64,000 nt of DNA from Azolla caroliniana. Taxonomy: Eukaryota; Plantae; Polypodiophyta. Made by a program: the position numbers and the translations under genes. Every line of letters begins with the position of its first letter. Positions within the stretch are counted from its first letter, which is position 1. This document shows, piece after piece, positions 24,801 through 36,810 of the stretch. The stretch spans positions 18,538,001 to 18,602,000 of the forward strand of contig JBHGNT010000011.1 in assembly GCA_043228905.1 (NCBI GenBank), written 5' to 3'. The notes below the pieces were generated by a model. It was not told the DNA's origin. It saw only the letters and a list, made by a program, of their open reading frames with translations, and made no database searches.

Positions 24801-27800
24801 TGCCGAAAAAATCTCTCAAAAGGTAGAAGGGCAGCTATCAAAATCACAAAAGGAGTTTCTTCTTCGTCAGCAGGTAAATGCATCTACAAAGCTAGGCATT
24901 TTAATGTAACATTTTATTAAATTGTTGCATTTTCTGATTTTGTAGTATTTAGAATGGAAAATGAATTGTCAACATTGCTAAGTTATATAGCAAATATCTT
25001 GGCCAAACAGGGCATATAAGGTTGACGGTAACACGGTTCAAGTAAAATATTGAGAAAGGAAAATTTATCCTTTAGATCACTAGGGATAATAGTGTTTCCA
25101 AGAGTAAAACAACGCAATGAGTACTTCTGGCTCTTGACATTACATTATCTTATCTATAAGGTTTCAGGAAAATAAAATTTTGGACTTTTATCTGTTCCCG
25201 TTATGATGTCTGGGAGAGCTGTTCCGCCCACATTCTTGCTGGTGAACCCAGACCATATCGGAGACCTTGCCTGTTATTTATGGTGAGATTAGTTTTATTC
25301 TAAAGAGCTGCAGATTCTTCTACTTGTTCCGCTAGAGCAGCTGAGGAAAGCAGGCAGGATTTCCTCAGTTTGGTGAAGTATTTCGCCTCTCTTTGAGCTC
25401 AACCATGTTACAAACACATGACAATATTTACAGCGGTTTATTATGCACTGTACCTCTCAGCAGGTTGACAGATTGCAGATTGTAGACCACTTACTCAAGA
25501 AGAAGATTTAAGCATATTCAATATTGTTTCTATGTGCAACCTTTTGATGATATTAAACTCATTTTTGCAGATGAGAGCCATAAAAGAAGAACTCGGTGAT
25601 ACTGATGAGGATGAAGACGATATTGTTGCTTTGGACAGAAAGCTGCAGAGTTCTGGGATGCCTGCCAATGTCTGGAAGCATACACAGAGAGAGCTTCGGT
25701 ATGTCTTTATTTTGTAATTTCAATAAATAAAAAACTGCATATTATATCAATAGCATACAACGTCAATTATGTTCAATATTATTTTCCTGTAGGCGTTTAC
25801 GGAAGATGCAACCGCAGCAACCTGGTTATAGTAGTTCACGTACTTATCTAGAGCTGATTGCTGATCTGCCATGGCAGATTAGCAGTGAAGAACGTGAACT
25901 TGATCTAGCAGCTGCAAAGGAACGGCTAGATAGTGAACATTATGGACTTGGGAAGGTGAAAAAGCGTATTATTGAATATCTGGCAGTACGCAAGGTGTGG
26001 TTTCTTGTAACTGTTAACATTTCAAGCATTTAATTTATTTAGTATATTGATATCTGATTTATATATAGCTTAAACCTGATGCAAGAGGACCCATCTTATG
26101 CTTTGTCGGTCCTCCTGGTGTGGGAAAGACATCTCTGGCATCATCAATTGCTGGGGCTTTGGGTAGGCGCTTTATCCGTATATCTCTTGGTGGCGTGAAG
26201 GATGAAGCTGATATCCGAGGACATCGTCGAACCTATATTGGCAGCATGCCAGGAAGGCTCATTGAAGGAATCAAGGTATTGAGATTTTCTAGAGTGATAA
26301 GTGAATTGTCAACAATTCTAGGTTAATTGTGACTGCTAAATGAATTGCAGAGAGTTGGAGTCAACAATCCTGTAATGTTACTGGATGAAATAGACAAGAC
26401 GGGAACTGATGTTCGTGGTGATCCAGCTTCTGCACTTCTGGAAGTTTTGGATCCAGAGCAAAACAAGACTTTTAATGATCAGTATCCTTTTAGTTTTATT
26501 TGCAAATTCGTGACCATCTATATATTAAATGAATTTGAGGTTAGCCAAGGATGTAGAATCTAGATAAATATTCAATCTACAGTGGCCTCAATTTTCAAAA
26601 CTGGTTCTTTTATTATGAAGGCATATCCCTGACCTAGCATTTAGACATTGACGAGCTTAGTCTCAGTGTCCACTTGTCTAATGTATGTCTTTATTTCTCA
26701 TGTTACTCATTGACAATAAGTCAATTTATATGGTTATGCTAGAACTATTATATTTGCTTCTTTGACAGATCTTTCAAAAGCTATTTGAATGTACCATTTG
26801 ACCTCTCCAAGGTAATCTTTGTAGCCACTGCAAATAGAGTTCAACCAGTTTCTCCACCTTTATTGGATCGCATGGAAGTGATCGAATTACCTGGATACAC
26901 ACATGAGGAAAAGTCAAAAATTGCTATGCGCCATCTTATTCCTAGGGTTCTTGACCAGCATGGTATCACTTCACATCATTTACAAGTCCCTGAGGTAAAT
27001 TGTATCTCATACTTCTAGTCATCTATCTCCTTCACTTAGAACTAAGTTTATATATTACATTTTGACAGCCTATGGTGGAGCTCATTATCCAGAGATATAC
27101 ACGAGAGGCAGGGGTACGCAATCTTGAACGACATTTGGCAGCACTTGCTCGTGCGGCAGCTGTGAAGGTTGCTGAAAGAGAGCAACTACTTCGTATTCCA
27201 AGAGACTTACAGCCAGAATCTAATTCAGTGCTTGGAGGAGGCTTGGAGGGGGAGATTGTGATGGAGGTTGAAACTCTAGGTGCTCAAAATCGTGAAATGA
27301 CAACAACGATTGAAACCATAGGACCATTGCTAATTGATGAATCAACATTAGAGATGATTCTTGGGGTAAAATCTTATTGTTGTGTATATATTGTCGTAAC
27401 AGTTATGTGTATTTTTCGTGTGTGGGTGATTCAAATGGTAATCTGTCACTGAGAAGAAATGTATGATTCTTTGAAGATTTTCTTTGGCTATGATGTCTTA
27501 ATGATGGAAAGTGGGTTTTCTCAATGTAGCCTCCAAAATTTGATGGAAAGGAAGCAGCCGAAAGAGTAGCTACACCTGGAGTGGCAGTAGGTCTTGTTTG
27601 GACTGTCTTTGGTGGTGAAGTTCAGTTTGTTGAGGCCACTGCAATGGTTGGAAAAGGTGATTTGCATTTGACAGGACAACTAGGTGATGTGATCAAAGAA
27701 TCAGCCCAGATTGCTCTCACCTGGGTACTAGATCTATGGCCTTGATTGTTCAAATTTTCTGTTTTCATCGTCTTTTCTTATGCTGAAGCTGATGACAACA

Positions 27801-29788
27801 GTTAAGAGCACGGGCATCTGAACTTAAACTAGCTGTCAATGAAGAAGGAAGCCTTATGGAGAATAGAGATGTTCACATCCATTTTCCAGCCGGAGCTGTC
27901 CCGAAGGATGGACCCTCTGCAGGAGTGACTCTTGTCACTGCTCTCGTGTCTCTTTTTCTGCAACGGTGTGTACGTGCTGATACAGCAATGACAGGTGAAA
28001 TGACCCTTAGAGGATTGGTTCTACCTGTAGGAGGTGTCAAAGACAAGGTAACATATTGTAATGCAAATAGAACTTGGACTCTAATTATGTTAATCTGTAT
28101 GAATTTCTTAAATTAAAACCAAACATTTTAGAGATGCATGTGTTAAGAACATCCTATTATTGATTACAGATATTAGCAGCTCATCACTGTGGCATTAATT
28201 TGTTAGATTAAAGCCAAACATTTTAGACATGTATGCATTAAGAACATCCAATTGTTAATTACAGATACTAGCAGCTCATCGCTGTGGCATTAAAAGGGTG
28301 ATTTTACCAGCGAAGAATGTAAAAGATCTTGTGGAAATTCCTCCTGCAATTCTTGCTGATATGGAGGTAAATCAGTTTGGAAATGAAAATATATTGCTAA
28401 TAAGAGTGTAAACCCCTGCTAAGCACGTTAATTATTGCATCTATAATGTGGAGGATGTGGTTATGAGTTTTGCTGAAGATGAGTCACTGCATATGCATGA
28501 GAGGAAGCAGACCGTCCATATGCTGAGTTAAATCAATTTGGAAATGAAAACATATTGCTAATAAGAGTGTAAACCCCTGCGAAGCACGTTAATTATTGCA
28601 TCTATAATGTGGAGGGTGTGGTTATGAGTTTTGCTGAAGATGAGTCACTACATATGTATGAGAGGAAGCAGACCGTCCATATCCTGAGGCGTAGTTACTT
28701 GTAACAGACTGCAAGAGAATCCCCAGATTTCCCAGAACAGCTGAGATGTTTCAGGAACTAAAAATGGTCAGACAAAAAAATTTATATTGCTATTTTTTTA
28801 TACTGTGTAAACAAATGCTTTCTGTTGTGGCCTTTTGTTCCCAATGACTTCCCACTACCAAGGATTGGGACCGTCCTGGATCCTGGTGACAATTTCCCAT
28901 GCAGCATTGGGGAGGTGATTTAGAAGCATCACCCCTTTCAATATGTACCACTAAACTCTTCGGAGGGCATAAAAAGCTATTTCTCTTTTTCCTGTTTCTA
29001 GAAGCATAGACTATGGCTTTGTTCTTTTAACAGCCAAACGAATGCATAGAAATTTCTTTATTTCATTCCAGAAGTTGTGGATAACAAAAAATTGCCATCA
29101 TGAGGCCTTAATCCTACCTCCACATGAGTGTAAAATTGTGACTGTGAATGCCAATGAAAGACATGACTGAAGGTCATGAATAGAGCTGAGCCCAATAAAA
29201 GAAGGTGATCGATATTCAGTCATCGTAAGGACTTCCAGGGGAGCAGTAGTAATGAGAACTGCAGAGGAATCTGTGTTAAGGATGAAGAGTCAACATCCAA
29301 AAGAAGAGAGTTGAGAAGATTAACGTTCACATGAGGGGGAGTGTTTGCATAGACAAAGAGGTTTTAAATGTCAGGAGTCATTCAAAGCACAGTTTGAGGA
29401 GTGGGTAAGAGGCTGGTAGAAACAGGAGTCATAGAACAGTCTGGATGTGGTGGAAGAAAATGGGACCTTGAGAGCTCACGTGACTTCCAATCATTCTCTT
29501 ATGGATTCATTATTCTCAAATCTTCTCATTTGTAGACAACCTGGAGCTTGAACCAATACAATAGACTATTAAGGAAAACAATTTAGTCCTTCAATGTGTT
29601 GAGACTAAATAATTATCAATGCACTTGATCAGTTTCCAAGCTCTCAAGGGCCCAACATTTGAATTTGTCAACTGATCTTTCTCTCTTGTTTCAAATTTCA
29701 ACAGATTTTATTGGCAAATCAGATGGAAGACGTGCTACATGAAGCATTTGATGGTGGATGCCCTTGGAAATTTAATTCTAAGTTGTGA
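18886..29788 (+). CDS. LON2: Peroxisomal Lon protease, 17 exons: 18886-18992, 20994-21106, 21195-21306, 22065-22234, 22660-22751, 24522-24701, 24790-24873, 25571-25698, 25793-25994, 26069-26275, 26351-26481, 26781-26994, 27069-27365, 27530-27724, 27802-28047, 28265-28366, 29705-29788
   Basis: N-terminus [21 protein letters not shown]; Walker A GPPGVGKT; Walker B MLLDEIDK; catalytic PKDGPSAG and GGVKDK; C-terminal PTS1 SKL*. Confidence 0.97.
23900..24350 (+). mobile_element. LINE (L1-like) 3' zf-RVT remnant in LON2 intron 5
   Basis: Broken frames give [30 protein letters not shown] and [11 protein letters not shown], the typical zf-RVT motif order. Confidence 0.55.
24702..24789 (+). other. 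GC-AG intron in LON2
   Basis: TTACAG|GCAAAA ... TTACAG|ACTGTA. Splicing restores [12 protein letters not shown]. Confidence 0.8.
26482..26780 (+). other. U12-type (minor spliceosome) GT-AG intron in LON2
   Basis: Donor GTATCCTTTT; branch site TTCTTTGAC at 26758-26766, ~15 nt before the AG. Splicing restores [13 protein letters not shown]. Confidence 0.88.
28112..28293 (+). repeat. ~95-bp tandem duplication of an intron 3' end plus the start of LON2 exon 16
   Basis: ATTACAG|ATATTAGCAGCTCATCACTGTGGCATTAA (exon start 28170) versus ATTACAG|ATACTAGCAGCTCATCGCTGTGGCATTAA (exon start 28265). The upstream intronic sequence is also duplicated. Confidence 0.92.
28364..28688 (+). repeat. 161-bp tandem duplication starting at the LON2 exon 16 donor
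   Basis: GAGGTAAATCAGTTTGGAAATGAAAA... at 28364 and GAGTTAAATCAATTTGGAAATGAAAA... at 28525, with few substitutions. Confidence 0.92.
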
Positions 29789-30171
29789 AAGAAGTCAAGA
29801 ATGAAGTATTTGAAATGTAGAAAATCTTGGGAAATGAAAGCTATGCTATGAAAACTGTTCGTTGTATTTATAACATTGTTGACCGATTATTGTGATTTTT
29901 TCTTCAAAATGGAGTAAATTGTATGGATTAGAAAGGCATGACTTCAATGACTTCAAAGTGGTTTCCTATATAGGTGGGGTGTCCTGTCTATGTATAAACA
30001 TGACCTTGTTACAATGACAACCATCGTAGGGTTAAACCATTTTGAAGTCTTTTATGTATGCTTAATTTACTGCTGTACACATTTTATTTCTAACTAGGAA
30101 TATTATAATCTGATCAATTGTCATATTTATGGATACAGTCAAGTTGGTGCATCCATAGCAACTGTAAATGC

Positions 30172-30269
30172 TCCCTTTGTTCCTTAACTCGTTCTCTTTA
30201 TACACCATTTGTTCATTAACTCATTCTCTTTATACACCCTTTGTTCATTAACTTATTCTCGTTATACAC
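30172..30269. repeat. Minisatellite, 3 x 32 bp
   Basis: CC.TTTGTTC.TTAACT..TTCTC.TTATACA repeated three times. Confidence 0.88.
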
Positions 30270-32635
30270 ATGATGAAGTTGCTATTGTAATGGTGGTTTA
30301 ATAAAGTAAACAGCATATGGTTACAAAGAACAATATGCATAAGACATAGGTATATTTTAATACAGGAAAACCATAATTGTGCCTTCATTTCAGTACAGTA
30401 TATTAGTATGCTTATTATTTATTCTATAACAATGTGGCACCAATGTGATAGACAATGCACTGGCCTGTATGATCGAACCAACTTTCAAAGGAAAGAAAAC
30501 TTGGTTGAGATAGGGACACGCCTTAGTTAATACATGGATGCGTGAAGCATTCTATAAAAGAAAAGTGGTGTTCCCCAATGATGAGGTAGAGGTTCTACCT
30601 CTATAATAATAATGATAATGGAATTAGATTATTGTGTATGAAGATTATCACATAAGACAATTGGATAAGATTTCATTTCACACACTCTATAAAGACAGCA
30701 ATTCTGATCTGTTTATTTTGACTCCCATATATAAATCTCAGGGATGCGTTTTAGTTCTCTTCATAAAAAAAGGCAGTTCTTTTTTCTTCCTGAACATCAG
30801 AAAGAGTAAGGCAGATTAAAACCTATCACAAATTTGAAGAATAACTGTATATACAGAGGTGCAAAAGAGTAAGCTCAATTATTTATATCCATATTGGAAA
30901 ATAGCAAATGACTCTTAAATAATGAAATATGATAGTCATCAATGAATTAAACATTTAAAAATCATGATTCAATAGCACTGACCAAATTGGATCATTCAAC
31001 ACTGTTGTTATATGTCTTCTTTTGTGACAGGGAGAGTCAAAAACCATGAATATAATGGTGTTTTAGAATCTGTTTCTTTATTGTAGCTTCATTGAAGAGA
31101 AAAAGTTGGAGTGAAAATATGCTTGACCAAACATGCAAGTAACATACAATCTATAACATTCACTAAATCTTTGCATAATTAAACAAACTATAAGAAACTA
31201 GCATGTCTAAATGTGTATACATCATGCCTAGCAAAGAGTTTCAAACTGACCTAACAATAGAAGTGAGGGGAGAGGCGACAAGTGGATGGTATTTGTGGCA
31301 AGACGATAATTCGATATCAGAAATACCATCACAAGAGTCTATTATACATCATATATACTTCCTAATTTGTGTGAGGAGAATGCTGCAAATTAAACACTTC
31401 CAATTTGAAGAGTTGGTTCAATTCTATTCATTTCAATGCGGATCTATGTCAAACATGCCCGCTCAACACAAAAAAAACTATACACATGCAGGCAAAAACA
31501 TCGCAAATGAATCTATGCATATAAAACACAGACAGGAATATGTAGAGGTACACACCAGAAATTAAATCCTCAAATACATCACTTTTCACATCAAATTGCC
31601 TATTGACAATACAGAGTTGTTCATAATAGCATTGATAGCTAAAGATTGCACTCTTATTTGGATTGATAGAAACAAGCTCAATTTTATTGAGATCAAAATC
31701 CAACACGGATGTAAACCTAGGTTTATAATGGATTATGTATACAGATCTCTGGCCCGTCATAAAACTCAGAGACTTGAGGTCAAGCATAGCCAAAAAGATG
31801 TCCATCACTTACACTGAGTTAAGCCAAGTACATCGTAGAGCATTTTCTGATATCTCTAGGTTTATTCACAAAAAAGAATTTAATCACAGTAGCTATTTCT
31901 TATTCATTTCAACGACTGACAAAGAAAAAAAACTTGATACAGATGTGGAAGGATCCATGTATTAACAATGGCAAGCATCCACCTTTAAAGCACAGATCTA
32001 TATAATCCTCGTTAAAAGGCTCCCTTATAATTCTTGGTTCTACCCCCTTCTCTTCTAAACGAAATTCAACTCATTTTGTCCCATAATGAAGGATAATACT
32101 GTGAAAATCCAGGTTTTCTTAACTAATCCAACTCAAATAATCTGATTTTGTTTGTGTTTCACACTTAGAAGTAGAGGGAGAGCAATCATTTATTGTCAAG
32201 AGCAAAAGCATTGCTTCCTCGATCTCCTTGCCAATTTCCAGCTTCTGTGATCTATGGTGTTAACATGAATAAACAAATGTAACCTTAACCTCTAACCTCG
32301 TGCAGATTGTTAATTCTTTCTAAAAGAATGCAACAATGCAAGACACCAGATATCGATGTCCAGATGTCTCTTGAAATTTCTGGAGACAACTTTAGTTGAA
32401 TAATCCACAAGAATTATCTACACTGTTAATTATTACCTGGATCAAATGTGCAACTTATAATCTTTTTAGCCTGACGCATATCCACAGACACATTCACATA
32501 TATACTGAGCTCCAGTAACTCGCATAGAGATGAGAGAATGAATATTTCCAAAAGTTGTGACTGTTATGTACATGGTCTCATCACAAATATATATATGTAT
32601 GTGTAAGTATATAACATGACAATGAGCTTCATCGC

Positions 32636-34141
32636 TCAGATCTCTAGCACTTGGCATGCAACCAGCTCAACGGAGCCAAAGTTTTTTCTAGCAATAGTTT
32701 TCCATCTCTCTGCTTCTGTTCCAGAAGAGCTTCCATTGCCAGTTGGCTCCAATAGCAAAGGAGAGCTAGAAGAATTAGTTATAGAAACCCCTTCATCATT
32801 CATGTCAGCCCCTAATACGATTACACAATCATTCACGTCCTTTGTCAAGATTCGCAACTTGTTCTTGAACCCAGCTAGCAAGTAAGGAGATTCGGAATCA
32901 GAATCTAGTAAAATAGGTACCTTCTTAAGGACAACTTTCCACGTGTCAGCCTCGCTATCATAAACTTTGATCTTGCAACAATCAAGAGATCCAGTAGGAT
33001 CTAATGCATAGAGATGTCCATTGACAACGGCACTAAGCTTAGTTCCGGCTTGCTTGGCTGGCCATCCCTCGCCCATGCCACGTGGCATCTCAGACCAAAT
33101 GTCTGCTGCCGGGTCAAACACCTCTCCACCCACATCAACAAAGAAAGGCCATGAATACAAGCTTTGCGGCACAAACAACTTCTCTCGATAAGCAGCCATT
33201 CCAGTGGCGATTGGTTTTAGCATATCAGCAGGAAAAGCTGCAGGTAAAAGCTGAGCTTTTGAGAAAGGCATATCAGGGATAGGAGACCAAATATTAGCCA
33301 ACGGATCATATACTTCGGCTGATTGCAATGGAGTTAACCCTGCTCTGCCTCTATTGACCCCACCCACCGCATATAATTTTCCACATACAAATGCTGTCTT
33401 ACAATAAGCCCTCGCACAACCCATTGATGCCACTTCTCTCCAAACATTCAAGCGAGGGTCATATAGCCATACTGACCTTGTTGCTGAAGATCTTGTAAAT
33501 CCTCCTAATATATATAGACATCCGTTGATTGATCCTGCTGCACATCCGCAAAATGTTGCTTTATCCAGTGCTTCTCTCCGTCCAAACAAAGCCCTGATGA
33601 ATTCCTTGAATACAAACCCCAGCCATGTCTGTGCAGAAGCAGATGATGATGATGATGATGACGATGACGAGGGATCAAGATCATCTTCATATGCCATATC
33701 TGGCATTGGAGGAAGCTTTTGCCACATACCTGTAGAGGGATCTAAAGCATGCCATGAGAGTGACTCATCAGATCTACGTATTAACACATAAAGCCATTCT
33801 TCTGTGATTAAAAGCTCTTTTCTGAGGTCGAAAAGGGAATGGCTTGAGAAAGCTTCTTTCCATCGCTTGCAGACCAAACGAAGAGTGAAGTGGTAAGATC
33901 GAGGTATTCTAGCAAGTATTCCAAGAGAAAGCTCGTCAGGTATACCTGGTATGAATTGAGGGTCTTCTTCTTCTAATACTACTGCTGCTGCTAATCCTTG
34001 TACAACTCCAGCTTCTTCTTCTTTGTTTTCCTCTCCTTGCATGCGACCTAGGCGCTGTCTTTTGCAGGGGGGGCTAAAGGAAGAGGAAGAGGAAGAGGAA
34101 GAGGAAGAAGAGGATGGAGGAGAGCTCATCACAGCACCCAT
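32636..34141 (-). CDS. F-box/kelch-repeat protein (At1g22040-like), single exon, 501 aa
   Basis: F-box IPGIPDELSLGILARIPR..LRLVCKRW; kelch repeats LYILGG, LYAVGG and AEVYDP; NLS-like CKRQRL; C-terminus ELVACQVLEI. Confidence 0.95.
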   Translation of the reverse strand: MGAVMSSPPSSSSSSSSSSSSFSPPCKRQRLGRMQGEENKEEEAGVVQGLAAAVVLEEEDPQFIPGIPDELSLGILARIPRSYHFTLRLVCKRWKEAFSSHSLFDLRKELLITEEWLYVLIRRSDESLSWHALDPSTGMWQKLPPMPDMAYEDDLDPSSSSSSSSSSASAQTWLGFVFKEFIRALFGRREALDKATFCGCAAGSINGCLYILGGFTRSSATRSVWLYDPRLNVWREVASMGCARAYCKTAFVCGKLYAVGGVNRGRAGLTPLQSAEVYDPLANIWSPIPDMPFSKAQLLPAAFPADMLKPIATGMAAYREKLFVPQSLYSWPFFVDVGGEVFDPAADIWSEMPRGMGEGWPAKQAGTKLSAVVNGHLYALDPTGSLDCCKIKVYDSEADTWKVVLKKVPILLDSDSESPYLLAGFKNKLRILTKDVNDCVIVLGADMNDEGVSITNSSSSPLLLEPTGNGSSSGTEAERWKTIARKNFGSVELVACQVLEI

Positions 34142-34436
34142 CTCAAACGACCCTTCTCTCCCTCTCTAATCTCTCTCTCTCTCTTTCGTGTGTGTATGTG
34201 AGAGGGAGAGAGAGATTGTGTGTGGTAGATCCTTCAAAATCTGCAGATTGTGGGAGATCATTTCTTGAGGGTTCTCAAAAGGTCACGACTTTCTTCTGGG
34301 ACTCTGCTTTTTTCTTTGTCATAAGAAGAAGACAGGGCAAGGGCAGACCAAAGCCACGCCATGCCCTCCCTACCTCACACACCTAAAAATCACATCATAT
34401 CAATCTGCATACAGTATATATAGTATCTGCATATGT

Positions 34437-34469
<33 letters not shown>

Positions 34470-34521
34470 TATATGTATATATGTATATGTATATATATAT
34501 ATGTATATGTATATGTATATG

Positions 34522-35571
34522 CATAGATTGAGCCATGCGTGATATTCTTGAGATTCGACATCCGTAATATTCGTGGTATTCGAGAATAGAAAATGGCCCT
34601 AAGAATATTATAAAACCATTCGTTTACATATACATATACACACATACATACATACACATACATATATACACACATACACAAACATATATATACATATACA
34701 CACACATACATAGATACATATATACACATACATAGATACATATACACACATACATAGATACATATACACACACATACATAGATACATATATACACATACA
34801 TAGATACATATATACACATACATAGATACATATACACACATACATAGATACATATACACACATACATAGATACATATACACACACATACATAGATACAAA
34901 TATACACATACATAGATACATATACACACACATACATATATGTGTACACAGACATACATCAATAATTAATTAACCCATTAATATAATGATTAATTTACTA
35001 TTAACTAATTAATTCACTTAAACATTAATTGATTCACTAATACATTAATTAATTTACAAATACATATCTTAATTCATTAACACATTAATTAATTCATTGG
35101 AAAATATTAGTTAATTAATTAATAATCAATTAATGCATTAATAATTAATTAATTAGGGCTTTGGCAAAACTTAGGGTTTCAGTGAAACTTTGAATTTGTA
35201 GCGGACAACAGGATGTAGGATTAGGTAGAGCATGAGAGGGAGTCGATGACGCAGGCCGAAAAGAAGAAATTTTGTCGAAATTAGGATTATGACAGAAATT
35301 AGGGTTTTCTGTCGAAACCCTAATTTCTGGCCGAGAACAGGATATAGAGGGAAGCGAGGGTGTAAGTAGCACGCAGAGGGAGTAGGGTGAGGCGTCTTTG
35401 CTTCCTGTTGGCCACTGTTCACTTGCTCGTAAATAAAACACAATTTATTTATTTATTTTATTTATTTATTTTCAAAAAAAAGAAGAAAACGAATATATTT
35501 ACGTGTATTCGTATTCCTATTCGTATGGATTCGTGGGGCAGGCCCCACGAATGCGAATATTTCAATCTATG
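34522..35571. mobile_element. Non-autonomous hAT-like element (1050 bp) inserted in a (TATATG)n microsatellite
   Basis: Perfect 10-bp TIRs CATAGATTGA / TCAATCTATG. TGTATATG flanks both sides. Subterminal TATTCG/CGAATA repeats occur at both ends. Confidence 0.8.
34626..34960. repeat. Minisatellite with a 22-24 bp unit, ~CACATACATAGATACATATA(CA), inside the hAT element
   Basis: About ten directly visible units. Confidence 0.92.
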
Positions 35572-36579
35572 TGTATATGTATATGTATATGTATATATGT
35601 GTATGTGTATATGTATATGTATATATGTGTATGTGTATATGTATATGTACATATGTGGATGTGTATGTAGCATGAGGACCACCAATCCCTCCCTCTCCTT
35701 GCTCTCTCTACCATCAAAGAATTGTAATTGGATGTTATATTCACTTAATGTGGTCCGCGCCACAATCGCTTTATTGGTTGTCACTCGATAACCCTAAACA
35801 CCCGCATTATGTACCTCTAACCTAACGTGGTGTGTGAGAACGGATAGGTTCTGAGACCTGTGTGCATCAACTTCGCAACCTTTGGACACTTGCAATGTTT
35901 GAAATTTGACATGACAAAGGATAGGTTTTGATGCTAATGTGCACCAGACTATAGTGTTGGCTAGACTCCTATTTTTTGCGTTTGTGGAACGTTTGGTTGG
36001 GCATCTCCAATGGCCGAGTTGAGGTGAAATGCTTGTAATCCAACTCTTAACCCTGTCACAGACATTGGCGCCTGCAAAATGAGAGGTTGACAACTAGTGC
36101 ATGCAAACTAGTGTTAGGATGGGCTCTTTGTTGTTGCACTTGTGAACATCTATGGTGTTTGTCAATGGTATGTGAAATGCTTCTAATCCAACTATTTGCT
36201 TTGGGGGAGGTCCACAAAGCAAGTTAATATATTCCTAACAATAAGTTTAGTATTTTTTCATTAAGTCATCACCACTACTGGACTCTTGCCCTTGGAGGGC
36301 TTTCACAAGGTGTGGGTCAACAATACACTAGGGCATCCCTTGTGGTAAGATTGCATTATTGTACGTCGTAAGTATTGTGATTAGGAATTAATGTGTGATG
36401 ATTGTTGCTATGTAAGGTGCATGGCTTTGTTTATTACAAGGCTATATATAAAATATATTTCCCATGCATCTATGACTAGTAGTAAAGTTATGTACTTGGT
36501 TATTTGAAAATTGACACATTCGATGGCAGTGTACTTGAAATTTTTGTAATAATGTGTAAATGTAGTCAATGACTTGATT

Positions 36580-36810
36580 GTACTGTTAATGTGTACACAT
36601 AATCAAAGACTTAGATTGCATTCTTTTATTTTTTTCATGATTATAAGCTTAATTAAGTTTCTTGCTATGTGGTTGTCCTCTTTGTGCTTTGTTTGAGTAG
36701 TGTTGCACACTTTTGAAATCAGCATTGCCCAACAAGAGTTAATTCATCCCACACATAAGGAATATTGCTACGTTGAAGAGAATTATCATCTGCGTCCATA
36801 TCTAGATAAG
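36580..36810 (-). mobile_element. Possible hAT C-terminal dimerisation domain remnant
   Basis: The minus strand gives HEKNKRMQSK..DYVY, resembling HTKKRNRL..LVYVH.N. Highly degenerate. Confidence 0.3.

Noticed and set aside
34626-34960. CRISPR-like regular repeat array
   Set aside because: No unique spacers, low complexity, and eukaryotic context.
34400-34962. ORFs of 112-177 aa rich in C/V/Y/M/I
   Set aside because: Translations of the micro- and minisatellite; not genes.
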